A stretch of DNA of 64,000 nt from Gammaproteobacteria bacterium. Its GTDB lineage: Bacteria > Pseudomonadota > Gammaproteobacteria > JACKNK01. Below are positions 20,196-30,900 of this stretch, piece after piece (within the stretch, counting starts at the first letter, position 1; each line of letters begins with the position of its first letter). Position numbers and translations under genes: made by a program. The notes under the pieces were generated by a model. The model did not search any database. It was not told where the DNA came from and saw nothing but the letters and a program-made list of their open reading frames with translations. The DNA lies in the NCBI GenBank assembly GCA_049604295.1, contig JBMYTL010000007.1, positions 8,172-72,171 on the forward strand. Reading direction: 5' to 3'.

Positions 20196-22100
20196 ATGAG
20201 CGCCGAAGCCCGCTTTCCGTTGTTGGAAAGCATCAACTCCCCCGAAGACCTGCGCCAGCTCGATTCCACGCAGTTGCAGGCGGTGGCGGACGAACTGCGT
20301 GCCTTCGTCATCGATTCGGTCTCTCGCACCGGCGGCCATTTCGCCGCCGGACTGGGCACCGTGGAACTGACCTGTGCCCTGCATCACGTATTCAACACCC
20401 CGGATGACCGTCTGGTCTGGGACGTCGGGCACCAGACCTATCCCCATAAGATCCTTACCGGAAGGCGTGACCGAATGGACAGCATCCGCAAACGTGATGG
20501 TCTGTCCGGTTTCCCGAAACGCGGAGAATCCCCGTACGACACCTTCGGTGTCGGGCATGCGGGCACCTCGGTGGGGGCCGCTCAAGGCATGGCGGAAGCC
20601 GCGCGCCTTACGGGGTCTGAGCGCAAAACAGTGGCGATCATCGGCGACGGTGCCATGACCTGCGGCATGGCCTTCGAAGCGCTCAACCATGCGGGTGACA
20701 TCGAATCCGACATGCTGGTCATCCTCAATGACAACAACATGTCCATCTCGCCCAACGTGGGCGCGTTATCGAACTACTTCACCCGCATCATGAGCGGCCC
20801 GCTGTATAGCACCATGCGCGAGGGCGGGAAGCAGTTGCTGCGTCATGTGCCGCCGGTGCGCGAGCTGGCAAAGCGCGCGGAGGAACACATGAAGGGCATG
20901 GTCAGCCCGGGCACCTTGTTCGAGGAAATGGGTTTTACCTACTACGGGCCCATAGACGGTCACGATCTCGGAACCCTGGTGAGCACCCTGCAGAACCTCA
21001 GAGCACTCAAGGGTCCGCGCCTGTTGCACATCGTCACGCGCAAGGGCAAAGGCTACGAGCCCGCGGAGAGCGACCCGGTGAAATGGCATGGGGTCGCTCC
21101 CTTTGACCCGCAAACCGGCAAAGGTGCCCCGCCTCCCGCTCCGGGCAAGGCGCGTCCCAGCTATACCGCCATATTCGGCCAGTGGCTCTGTGACATGGCC
21201 GAAACCGACCCCCGGCTGGTCGGCATCACGCCGGCCATGCGCGAGGGATCAGGTCTCGTCGAGTTCGCCAAGCGTTTTCCGGATCGCTATTACGACGTCG
21301 CGATCGCTGAACAGCATGCGGTGACCCTGGCGGCGGGCCTTGCCTGTGACGGTGTCAAACCCGTCGTGGCCATCTACTCGACATTCCTGCAAAGAGCCTA
21401 CGACCAGGTCGTGCATGACGTGGACCTTCAAAACCTGCCGGTCCTGTTCGCGGTGGACCGCGCCGGCCTGGTGGGGCCCGATGGCGCCACCCACGCGGGC
21501 AGTTTCGACCTGTCCTATCTGCGCTGTCTGCCGAATATGGCGATCCTCGCCCCCAGCGACGAGAACGAGTGTCGGCAGATGCTGTACACCGGCTTTATGC
21601 ATGACGGGCCCTGCACGGTCCGCTATCCCAGGGGCACCGGCCCGGGCGTGGACATTCAACAGGCCATGACGGCACTACCCTGGGCCACCGGCGAAGTACG
21701 ACGTGAGGGCCGGGGCGTGGCGTTGTTGAGCTTCGGCGCGGTTCTACCGGCGGTCATCGAGGCCGCTGAGGAACTCAATGCCACGGTCGCGAACATGCGT
21801 TTCATCAAACCGCTCGACGAAACGCTGGTCACACGGCTTGCCCAGGAACACGATGTGCTGGTGACCGTTGAGGACAACGCGGTCCTCGGCGGCGCGGGCT
21901 CCGCCGTGAATGAGTGTCTTCTGCGCAATGCACACGACGCCGCCTCCAGGCCATCAGTGCTCAACCTCGGACTCCCTGACCGCTACCAGGATCACGGTTC
22001 GCGCGAGGAACTGCTGCGGGAGGCAGGACTTGATCGTGACGGGATCGTCAGCGCCGTCAGGGCTGTGCTTACTGAGTCGCAACCAGAATCTGCGGCGTGA
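20196..22100 (+). CDS. dxs: 1-deoxy-D-xylulose-5-phosphate synthase
   Basis: [17 protein letters not shown]-terminus, [17 protein letters not shown] motif [18 protein letters not shown] ... LNDN. Confidence 0.96.
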   Translation: MSAEARFPLLESINSPEDLRQLDSTQLQAVADELRAFVIDSVSRTGGHFAAGLGTVELTCALHHVFNTPDDRLVWDVGHQTYPHKILTGRRDRMDSIRKRDGLSGFPKRGESPYDTFGVGHAGTSVGAAQGMAEAARLTGSERKTVAIIGDGAMTCGMAFEALNHAGDIESDMLVILNDNNMSISPNVGALSNYFTRIMSGPLYSTMREGGKQLLRHVPPVRELAKRAEEHMKGMVSPGTLFEEMGFTYYGPIDGHDLGTLVSTLQNLRALKGPRLLHIVTRKGKGYEPAESDPVKWHGVAPFDPQTGKGAPPPAPGKARPSYTAIFGQWLCDMAETDPRLVGITPAMREGSGLVEFAKRFPDRYYDVAIAEQHAVTLAAGLACDGVKPVVAIYSTFLQRAYDQVVHDVDLQNLPVLFAVDRAGLVGPDGATHAGSFDLSYLRCLPNMAILAPSDENECRQMLYTGFMHDGPCTVRYPRGTGPGVDIQQAMTALPWATGEVRREGRGVALLSFGAVLPAVIEAAEELNATVANMRFIKPLDETLVTRLAQEHDVLVTVEDNAVLGGAGSAVNECLLRNAHDAASRPSVLNLGLPDRYQDHGSREELLREAGLDRDGIVSAVRAVLTESQPESAA

Positions 22101-24735
22101 GCAGGACGGCCACGGCGTAAGTCGGCGTCATGGCGGCGACCAGCAGCCCGAGCACCACGATCTCGCGCATCGCATCGCCCCCCAGGGGCAGCGCGAAGCT
22201 GCCGCCGACCAGTGCCACGAGAACCGTGGCCAAAACGACCCATTGCGGTCGCATCAGGGGTGCGGACATCAGATTTTCCATGACGGGAAGCCCCGCGCGC
22301 CCCTGCACGAGCACCTGCATCGCTGACGCCATACCCAGGAGCAGGATCAGCGGCAGGAAAGCGATGTTCACGTAGTTCCATGCCTCATCGGACAACCAGA
22401 TCCAGGCCGACACCGTGAACACAAGGCCCATCAAGGCCCCGCCCATGAGCAACCCATCGGTCCAACGCCAGCCCACGAGCATCACCAGCGCCACACCGGC
22501 CATAAGCATGAGAAGCACCCCCTTGGCCATGCCCCAGCCCACCGTGGCCGTGGCGCGGTAGATATCCACCGGGGCTCCAATGATCGCGCGGTGTACACGC
22601 CGCACACCTTCCATGTAATCGGCCATACCCACCACGTTGTCGACAGCGCTGGATGGCATGATTTCCATACGTAGCAAGCCATCGCTGGACTTCCAGTAAT
22701 CCACCAGGTCCCGTGGCAGTCTTTTCTCCGTCAGCTCTCCGGTGTTCAGGGCCTCGGAAACCAGCCCATACGCTACCGGATACGTACCCAGAATTGCCCG
22801 TTCCACGTGTCGGATGAGGTTGCGCCGACCGGCAAGATCGTTTTTGAGCCTGTCGCGCAACACACCACTGGTTTCAGCCAATCGGCCGACCGCGGTGGCG
22901 AGCTCGGGAGGGATCCTCTGACCATTGAGAGACCGCAGGGCGGCACGCAGGTCCGGCAGACTTTTCATAAGGTCCGCACCCGCCCCGCGTGGCCCCTGCG
23001 TCCGCGCCGTCTCGAAACCACCCATCAGCAGGCGCAGGCGGGCGAGACGCTTCAGGCGTCCCTCCTGGCCCGGGGGCAGATAGGACAGCAAAGAATCGGT
23101 GCGTGACACCGCGTTGGAGGCATTGAGCCGCTCGGACAGGGCCGCCAGCTCGGAAAAATCATTGACCTGTGTGTTGAGATGCCACGGTGACACCACCGGC
23201 TCGGCCAATAACTCACGGAAGGTCACGGCGGCTTCCCCTCTGATTCCGTAGATGCTCAGGGGGTTGCCGTCGAAGGCCTTGAGGGGAATCACCCCCGCGC
23301 CAATCACGCTCAGCAGCAGCAGCGGCAACAAGGCCATGCGGCGATAGTTAAAGCCCATCCCCGCCAGCACGGCGCCCATGCTCACGCCCTGGATCGAGTC
23401 GCGCGGACCTTCCGGAGCTTTGAACATGTGCAGGAACGCCGGCATGAAGGTGACTGTCACCGCCAAAGCGATCACCCCGCCCGCAGCGCTGACAGTGCCG
23501 AACTCGACGATGCCATCGCGGCCCAGGATGATCAGCGCAAAGCCGGAGCCGAACGCGGTCACCGCGGCCATGATCATCGCCGCACCGGTGCGCATCCCGG
23601 CACCTACCAGGGCCCGGTCATTGGGCAGGGCAGCGATACGGCCGGAAAAATAGGCCATTCCCAGATTGATGGAGAAGTGCGTGGCCAAAGCGGCACTGAC
23701 CAGCACGGCCGCTCCGCTGAGCAGATTCACCGTGCCGAAAAAAAACACCGCCAGGCCCACGGCCGCCGTGCCCGCCAACAGGGCCGATATTCCAACGGCC
23801 ACGGCAATCCTCATGGAGCGGATACCCAGATAGAGCATCAGGCCCGCCAGCCCCGTGGCCAGGAACAGGGCCACCCAATTGAACTCCGCCAGCTCCGAAT
23901 CAGATACCGACAGCAGACCCTGGCCGGTGATCCGCACACGAACCCCTTCGCCAAGGCTGAGGGACCCCGCCGCGGCACGCAGACGATCAGCCAGTTTCTT
24001 AAGGGCCTGGCCCTCACGCTGGGCGGGATCGGGAGCGATGCGCAGGATGCGCCGGTGACCACTATCCGGCCGACGGTCAAAAACCAGGTCCAACCAGGAC
24101 ACCGGCGTGCTGTTGCCTTTCAGTGCCGCCTCCATGGCATCAGTGAGTGCATCCAACACCGGCACGGGCAGCAGGTCCCCCGCATGCTCCCGACGGGCCA
24201 ACTCCGTCAGCCGCGTGGTCAGATGCCCGATGCGCGGCTTCTCGGGCAGCCCGCCCATGAGCGGTTGCAGAACCAGGAGCCGACCCTCGAAACGGCGCAT
24301 CTGCTCCTCGTCGAGACTGAGCAGGCGCAATCCCGCAAGCTCCGAAACACCTTGCGGGTCGTAGACATGCACCACGCCCGGGTCACGACCGATACGTTCG
24401 ATCAGGGCCGCGGCCGCCTCGTGGACGGGCTCTTCCGCCGGTCCATCGATCACCGCGAGAATCGGTTCATGCGCCAAGGGAAACCGCGCGCGGAAATCAC
24501 GCTCCACCTGACGGCGGTTGAGATCAGGCTTCGCGAGGGACAGGGGGCTGGCATCAAAACCCACGCGGGCGTGGATGTACTGTACGGACAGCACCAATGC
24601 GACCAGGGCCGCCGGTACGACCAACCAGGCCATACGCCGGGCGAAGCCCATCCAGGCCACCACGGCCCGAGCCAGGGACAGCGTGATCAGGTCTGAACGC
24701 AGTCCATCGGGCGATTGCGAAGCACCGGAGGCCAT
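22069..24735 (-). CDS. RND/MMPL-superfamily transporter, HpnN-like
   Basis: 888 aa, two 6-TM bundles each preceded by a large periplasmic loop. Start codon shares one base with the squalene synthase stop (TGATG). Confidence 0.78.
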   Translation of the reverse strand: MASGASQSPDGLRSDLITLSLARAVVAWMGFARRMAWLVVPAALVALVLSVQYIHARVGFDASPLSLAKPDLNRRQVERDFRARFPLAHEPILAVIDGPAEEPVHEAAAALIERIGRDPGVVHVYDPQGVSELAGLRLLSLDEEQMRRFEGRLLVLQPLMGGLPEKPRIGHLTTRLTELARREHAGDLLPVPVLDALTDAMEAALKGNSTPVSWLDLVFDRRPDSGHRRILRIAPDPAQREGQALKKLADRLRAAAGSLSLGEGVRVRITGQGLLSVSDSELAEFNWVALFLATGLAGLMLYLGIRSMRIAVAVGISALLAGTAAVGLAVFFFGTVNLLSGAAVLVSAALATHFSINLGMAYFSGRIAALPNDRALVGAGMRTGAAMIMAAVTAFGSGFALIILGRDGIVEFGTVSAAGGVIALAVTVTFMPAFLHMFKAPEGPRDSIQGVSMGAVLAGMGFNYRRMALLPLLLLSVIGAGVIPLKAFDGNPLSIYGIRGEAAVTFRELLAEPVVSPWHLNTQVNDFSELAALSERLNASNAVSRTDSLLSYLPPGQEGRLKRLARLRLLMGGFETARTQGPRGAGADLMKSLPDLRAALRSLNGQRIPPELATAVGRLAETSGVLRDRLKNDLAGRRNLIRHVERAILGTYPVAYGLVSEALNTGELTEKRLPRDLVDYWKSSDGLLRMEIMPSSAVDNVVGMADYMEGVRRVHRAIIGAPVDIYRATATVGWGMAKGVLLMLMAGVALVMLVGWRWTDGLLMGGALMGLVFTVSAWIWLSDEAWNYVNIAFLPLILLLGMASAMQVLVQGRAGLPVMENLMSAPLMRPQWVVLATVLVALVGGSFALPLGGDAMREIVVLGLLVAAMTPTYAVAVLLTPQILVATQ

Positions 24736-25799
24736 CAGGCCCGGATCTCCGGTTGCGGCCCGACCGCGGTGACGCGGCGTTCGCGCTCAGGCTCGAAGCG
24801 GGGAAGCCCGCGCGACATCAACGCCAACATCAACCGCAACATGCCATCCGAGCCGGCGCTGATCTTCGACCCGAGCACGGTGGCCCGCACCGAACGCCGA
24901 CTGATCTTGACCTCGGACCCAGCCCGGAAACCACGCTGAGCATTGACGCGACGCAGGGTCAGAACGGCCATGCCGATGGCCCAGAGGCAGAAGTTGCGGA
25001 TTCCCCGCTCGTGCGCCGGTATGTACAAAGTGAAACGCAGGGCATTGCGTAAGTGCCCCATGGCAATCGCGATCAGGTCGGCAAGCCCCGCCTCAAATCG
25101 GGGGTCGGCGGTATCCGGATCGAGCTCTGACAGATCGAACCCATGAGCTGCGAAAACGTCCCGCGGCAACCAGCACACCCCCCGCGCACGATCGTCCCAT
25201 ATGTCCTTGATGATGTTGGTCATCTGCAAGCCCTGACCGAAGGACACCGACAAAGGGGCCATCGCATCCCGGTTGACGGCGATCTCCTCGGAATAGTCGC
25301 AGAACAGCCCCGTCAGACACTCGCCAACGACGCCGGCCACAAAGTAGCAGTACGCATCGAGCTCGGGCAGATCAGCGAGACCATGAACCGATGCCCCGGC
25401 CTGAAAACGGGCCATACCCCGCGACATGATGCGCACGCAGCGGGCCAGCTCCGCGCGCTGCGCCTCGGAAAAGCCCGCCGTGATGGCGAGTACCCGGGGT
25501 GTTTCCCCAATGAGCTCGTGCTCCATGGGCAAGGTGCTGTCAGACAACAGGGGCTTGAGCGCCTGCGCGAATTGCGCGGAATCCCCTTCACCCATGGTGA
25601 TATCGACCAGCCACTCGGAAAAACGGCTGGTCTGGGCAGGATCCAGGGCAGGGTCGTCCTCGATGGTGTCCGCGATACGGCAGAGCAGGTACGCATTGGC
25701 CACCACACGGTGCAGACGGACCGGAAGCTGGGGAATGGTGAGCGCGAAGGTCCTGGAGACGCCCTGCAGCATCAGATCCTGGAACTGATCGTCGTCCAT
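24735..25799 (-). CDS. sqs: Squalene synthase (farnesyl-diphosphate farnesyltransferase, eukaryote-like SQS type)
   Basis: GVSRTFALTIPQLP, first Asp-rich box YLLCRIADTIEDD, YCYFVAGVVGECL, second box QMTNIIKDIWDD. ATG at 25799 preferred over TTG at 25853. Confidence 0.85.
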   Translation of the reverse strand: MDDDQFQDLMLQGVSRTFALTIPQLPVRLHRVVANAYLLCRIADTIEDDPALDPAQTSRFSEWLVDITMGEGDSAQFAQALKPLLSDSTLPMEHELIGETPRVLAITAGFSEAQRAELARCVRIMSRGMARFQAGASVHGLADLPELDAYCYFVAGVVGECLTGLFCDYSEEIAVNRDAMAPLSVSFGQGLQMTNIIKDIWDDRARGVCWLPRDVFAAHGFDLSELDPDTADPRFEAGLADLIAIAMGHLRNALRFTLYIPAHERGIRNFCLWAIGMAVLTLRRVNAQRGFRAGSEVKISRRSVRATVLGSKISAGSDGMLRLMLALMSRGLPRFEPERERRVTAVGPQPEIRA

Positions 25800-25978
25800 G
25801 GCCTGTACGTTGGCGTGTGAAAGGGGAATGGTCGGCACCGGTTGCGGCCGCAATGGATGGGCGCGCGCGAACGGGATGCCGGACCGGCTATCCCGCGCGG
25901 CGGGTCAGGCGCGCAAGTATATTATGGCGGTCGTCCCGAATCGCCCCCGCCTGCCTCAAAAACGCCCTTAACGCACCC

Positions 25979-26494
25979 ATGAGCATGTCCCACGAAGCCA
26001 CTGACGAAGAATTCGAAGAGAAGAGCAAGTCCCAGGTCAAAAGGGAGATGCAGGCCCTCACGGACATGGGCCGTTCACTGGTCGAACTGAACAGCTCGTG
26101 GCTGGGCCGTATCGAGCTACCCGATGAAGTGCGCCGGGCGGTCGACGATGCCCGCGCCATGTCCAGCCACGGCGCGCGCAAACGCCAGATCAAATACCTG
26201 GGCAAGCTGTTGCGCTCGGTCGATTCGCAGGCCATCGGTGAGGCACTACAGGCCCTGCACCACGAGGGACGTGAGGCGGCCGCGACCGAGAAACGCATAA
26301 CCCAGTTGCGCGACCGGCTCGTCGAAGAGGGTGATGCGGCCCTGGGAGCGGTCTTCGAACGCTACCCTCAGGGCGATCGGCAGCAGCTACGCCAATTGGT
26401 CCGCGCCGCCCGTGCCGAGCACGCAGCCAACCGCCCGCCCTCATCAAGCCGGGCCCTGTTACGCCTGCTGCGGCAGTGGGAAGCGGAAATCTGA
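25979..26494 (+). CDS. yjgA: Ribosome-associated protein YjgA/DarP (DUF615)
   Basis: SKSQVKREMQALTDMGRSLVEL ... ARKRQIKYLGKLLR pattern typical of YjgA. Confidence 0.8.
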   Translation: MSMSHEATDEEFEEKSKSQVKREMQALTDMGRSLVELNSSWLGRIELPDEVRRAVDDARAMSSHGARKRQIKYLGKLLRSVDSQAIGEALQALHHEGREAAATEKRITQLRDRLVEEGDAALGAVFERYPQGDRQQLRQLVRAARAEHAANRPPSSSRALLRLLRQWEAEI

Positions 26495-26522
26495 GCGCCG
26501 CGCGCGGACCCGCGATTCAGAC

Positions 26523-27347
26523 TTATTTCACCAAGCACTGGAAGCGGCGGTGTTCGCCGCTCGGAAAGTTGCGTCGCGCCCCGCGTACCCGCTCCAGATC
26601 AATCTCAGCCACAGCCACGCCCGCGCCACGCCCCTTGTCGACCATGACGCGCCCCCACGGATCGATCACCACGCTGTGACCGTGGGTCTCGCGCCCGTTG
26701 ACATGGAACCCGCCCTGCCCCGCGGCGGCCACGAAAACCAGGTTCTCTATGGCACGGGCCCGCAGCAACACCTCCCAGTGCGCTTTGCCGGTATTCGCGG
26801 TGAACGCGGACGGCAACACCAGCAGTTCCACCCCTTGATCCAGCATGACCCGGAACAGCTCGGGAAAGCGCAGGTCATAGCAGACCGCCACCCCGAGGCG
26901 TCCGAAGGGGCTGTCCATCACCGTCACCGTATCGCCCGGTTCAATGGTCTCCGATTCCGCGTAGCGCTCCTCGGTCTCGGGCACGACGACATCGAACAGG
27001 TGGATCTTGTCGTAGCGGCCCACCTGTTCACCGTGATCGTCAAACACCAGGCTCGCGGCGCGCACCCTGTTCGGGTCCGTACCGCGCAACGGGATGGTCC
27101 CGCCAACGATCCACAGCCCCAGCCTGCGCGCCGTTTCGGACAAAAAATCCTGAACCGGTCCCTGTCCGGGGTCTTCCGCGACCTCCAGCTTGTCCGCTTC
27201 GGCCTGCCCCATGTGCGAGAAATTCTCGGGCAACACCGCCAGACGCGCCCCTTCGGCAGCCGCCTCGCCGAGCAGGCGCCCTGCTTCGAGCAGATTGGCC
27301 TGGACCTGAGGCCCCGAGGCCATCTGAACCACCGCAATCTTGCTCAA
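26523..27347 (-). CDS. Carbon-nitrogen hydrolase (nitrilase superfamily)
   Basis: IAVVQM ... LAVLPENF (Glu), YDKIHLFD (Lys), GVAVCYDLRFPE (Cys). TTG start at 27347. Confidence 0.9.
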   Translation of the reverse strand: MSKIAVVQMASGPQVQANLLEAGRLLGEAAAEGARLAVLPENFSHMGQAEADKLEVAEDPGQGPVQDFLSETARRLGLWIVGGTIPLRGTDPNRVRAASLVFDDHGEQVGRYDKIHLFDVVVPETEERYAESETIEPGDTVTVMDSPFGRLGVAVCYDLRFPELFRVMLDQGVELLVLPSAFTANTGKAHWEVLLRARAIENLVFVAAAGQGGFHVNGRETHGHSVVIDPWGRVMVDKGRGAGVAVAEIDLERVRGARRNFPSGEHRRFQCLVK

Positions 27348-27514
27348 GTCTGAAGTTCCGCTGAGTACGCCATGAGCCGATCATAACCCGTCGAACCGGA
27401 CACGCAGGGAGGCAAAGTGGATCACCGGCACCTGAAAGCCGGGCACCGACCAGCGCACCCCACCCCGGCCCAACGCCTGCGCATCGCAGCCGCGGGCAAA
27501 CGTCGGCCTCGACT

Positions 27515-27943
27515 TCAGAAACTCTTATGAACCTCGATGGCCATGCCGTCACCGGCCGGCCCACCCGGCACCAGGTCGATGTGCTCGGAGGCCACGCCAA
27601 GCGTGGTCAACCAGTCACGTAATTCCCGCGCCCACAAGGTTCCCTGGTCGCCACCGGGATAACGGATCACCATGCGCCCGCCCGGAGTATCCAGCCAACG
27701 CCGCACGGCATCGCGGATCGCGCGGTTGGCGCTCACGCCCAGCGCGCTGCGCGGACGCAACCAATCGGTCGCCGGGATGAGGAACACGGGCGCATCGGCC
27801 ATGGCGGCCCCGGTTGCCGTCGGCGACGCCTGGCCACCCCCATGCGACGCACCCCACGCCTGAGCGGGGCCCAGGGTCTGCAGGGGCAGGATCAGCAAGA
27901 GCATCGCCAGCCGGGCAGAGAAAATACGTCGCTGTTCAATCAT
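27515..27943 (-). CDS. Small secreted hypothetical protein translationally coupled to yhdP
   Basis: 142 aa from ATG 27943 (MIEQRRIFSARLAMLLLILPLQTLGPAQA signal peptide). Start overlaps the yhdP stop by 8 bp. No family recognised. Confidence 0.5.
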   Translation of the reverse strand: MIEQRRIFSARLAMLLLILPLQTLGPAQAWGASHGGGQASPTATGAAMADAPVFLIPATDWLRPRSALGVSANRAIRDAVRRWLDTPGGRMVIRYPGGDQGTLWARELRDWLTTLGVASEHIDLVPGGPAGDGMAIEVHKSF

Positions 27944-30900
27944 TCGCGGCATCCAGCATTGATCCGGTATCGACCGTCTTGTCGTCATCGCCGCCATCCG
28001 GGCCATCATCGGGCTCAACGTACGGTTCTATCAGGGGCTCGTTCCAGGGACCGGTGATACGGTACTGCCTCTTGGCCAGCTTGTTCAGATCCTTCTCGAG
28101 AAGTTTCTGCGCGAGCAGCACCACGGCCCCCACGCCCGTTCCACCGACCAGTGCCCCGGCGATGGGAAAGGTGGAACTGACTCCGGGAATGACATCCATG
28201 ACCTGGTCGTAGGTCTGGTTGCGCAGGTCCATATCACCGCTGATGTTCACCTGGGCGGCGGGGCCATCAACGCTCAGGTTCTCGGTATGGGCGACACCAC
28301 CCACGATACTCACATCACCGCTGATGCTGTTGAAGGCAAAGCCTTTTTCGGTCAGGTCCGTGAAATCACCGCGCACCCGCCGCGTCAGCCCCGGGAGGCT
28401 TATCAGGCCCAGGATGCGCCCCGCGCCCGGATCGACATCCATCATCCGCCCCTCCTTCACCGCGACACTCATGTCGCCATTCATCTTGTCGAAGGTGAAA
28501 TCCATGGGCGGCGCGTCCCAAGCGGCCTCCAGGTGCAGGTTCGCCGATTCGGCCTCCAGGCCCCCGTCGATCGCGAGCCGCTCGAGGGTACCTTCCAGAT
28601 CCCGGGAGACCAGGTCCACGTCGAACTCGGAGCGATGCCGCTCACCATCGAACAACCAACTTCCCCAGGCCCGCATATCGGTGTCGTCGGACTGGATATC
28701 CAACAGGCGCACCTGCAGGCCATCCTCGGTGGGGACCGCATCCAGGGTAAGGCTGCCCAGGTCCATATCGCCGAAACGGAACTGCCCGACGGACATGAGC
28801 ATGGGCGGCAGATCACGCGGATCCGTTGTGCTGTACGAGCGCGCACCCGATGACGCGCCGCCACCAAGATGCAGGCGCTCAAAACTGACCTGTACCGGTC
28901 GCTCACGGCTCGGTGTGCCGGGAAGATGCACCTCCCCCGAAACCTGCCTGCCCTGCAGACCCACGGACCAGGAATCCCCCTCCGGCCGGGCGATCAGGTG
29001 CGTATCGTGGGCGATACGGCCAAAAACCGTGAGCTCCCCCGCCCAGAGTTCAACAAGGGACACAGGCATGATGGGGGCGCCCCCGTCACCCGCGGCAATC
29101 AGGTCCAGGAAGGGGTCAAGATCAATTGCATCAAAACGGCCGCGCAACACCAATCCTGCGTCGGGCAACGGCGGCGCGCCGTTGTTCACATGAACACCCG
29201 CGGCACGCAAAGTGAACGCCTCGTCGTCCTGTTGCAGCCGCAGGCGCGCGCGCAGATCGTTGCCCAGGGTGACATCGACCGGCCCCGGAACCTCGTCGCT
29301 CACCTTGAGTTGCAGGTTCAGTTCCAGCGGCTGCGCCGGGGGCTTGCCCAGCGGCGGAGGCAGGTTCAACGTGGCCTCACGCAGATCAGAGCGGATACGC
29401 ACCCGGGTGCGCGCAGCCGCCCCCGAGCCGGACGTGCGGACCGCGATGTTCCAAAGTGGCTCACCGCTGAGCCACTGATCGAGGCCCTCGGCCCCTTCCC
29501 CAAGCAGACGCGCGGCGCTCATACGCGCACTCATACCGATGTCGAGGGCTCCCGCCGTCTGGCCGGGGGACAAGGTGATGCGCACGGGCCGCTCTCGCAG
29601 TACCGCATCGATTCGATCAGCACGCACCGAGCGGCGGTCGAAACGTACCTCGCCGCGAACCCTGCTGAACGGGATTCGGGGCTTGAGCAGGGTCGCCCGG
29701 GCCGACAGCAGTTCCAGCCGTCCGTCAATCTCGGTTTCCAGCGTATCCAGGGGCAGGGTGACCGCAAGATCCAGAACACCCTCGCCGCTGAAATCGAGCC
29801 GGTTGAGGCCCGGCCCGATCTCCTCGCGCAAGGGACTCTCGTTGACGAAGCGCTGCATGTCCTTCAACGGGCCGCTGGCCTGCCCCTTGATGGACAGGAC
29901 GGCGTTATCCAGATCCGGGATGTGCACCTCGACCTGCTCCAGAACACCATCCCACAAGCGGGCCCTGCGACCATGGACCCAAAGGCTGCGGTTGATAAAC
30001 ACCACATCGGCCTCGGCATCTGTGATCCGCGGCCATCCGTCCCAGTAGTGCAGTTCACCGTCAGTGGCGTGGAAGCGGACCTCAAAGTGCCCCTTTCCGT
30101 TGTCAAAGGGGAAGTCCGCCGGATCGCCACGCAACATGAAACTCCCCTCCGTAACCCTGCCTGCCTTGAAGGCATTGGACAGCCACCGGGTGGTCAGCTC
30201 AGGCATGATCGCGACGGGCAGGTAGCGCGGTGTCGCGGTGCCATCGCCGTCCCAGAGTCGCCCGGTCACGTCCAGGTGGGGGCGGCCATCGGGAGGAAAC
30301 AGGCCGCGCAGGCGCACGCGCGCACTGGCATCGGCATTGCGTAGGTCGAGGTTATCGGTCTCCACGCGCCAGCCCTGTTCGCCGCGCTGCCAAAGTACAC
30401 GCCCCCTTACCTGCCCGAGCTCCAGCGGGGCCCTGAACAGATCACCGAAATCAACGTTCAGGTCTTCGCTGCTCAGGTCCGCACTGCCGCCGTCAGAGTT
30501 CGCACTCAGTTGGACCACGCCCCCCCGCAACCCGGGGATCTCGCCATACCTGTCCGAGTGTATGTCCTCGATACGCGCCTTCACTCCGTAGTGGGGCGCC
30601 TTCACCGGCCCCTCGAGGCTCAGCCGTAGATCATGCACGCTCGCTCGCGGGCGGATACCGATCAACGTTGCGCGCATTCCCTCGGACAAACGTTGACTGT
30701 GAAGTGCAAGGCCGACCAGATCATCGAGACGGGCATGATCCAGCTCGAGGCTGAGGGCCAATTCCCCGTCGCTTTCCGTTGTGCGGCCGGTCAGTGCGAG
30801 ACGCCCCTCGGGCCACGGCCCGGAAGCGCCCACGATGTCCATGGGCTCAATGTTCAACCGCCAATGATCGTCCTCCAAGCGCCACTCGAATTTTCCCGAC

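Noticed and set aside
19479-20690. 403-aa version of the third MlaC-like ORF, extending upstream over the dxs start.
   Set aside because: Only the C-terminal 212 aa (from ATG 20117) has a signal peptide followed by MlaC-family sequence. The extension overlaps the dxs 5' end on the opposite strand and looks like a non-coding translation.
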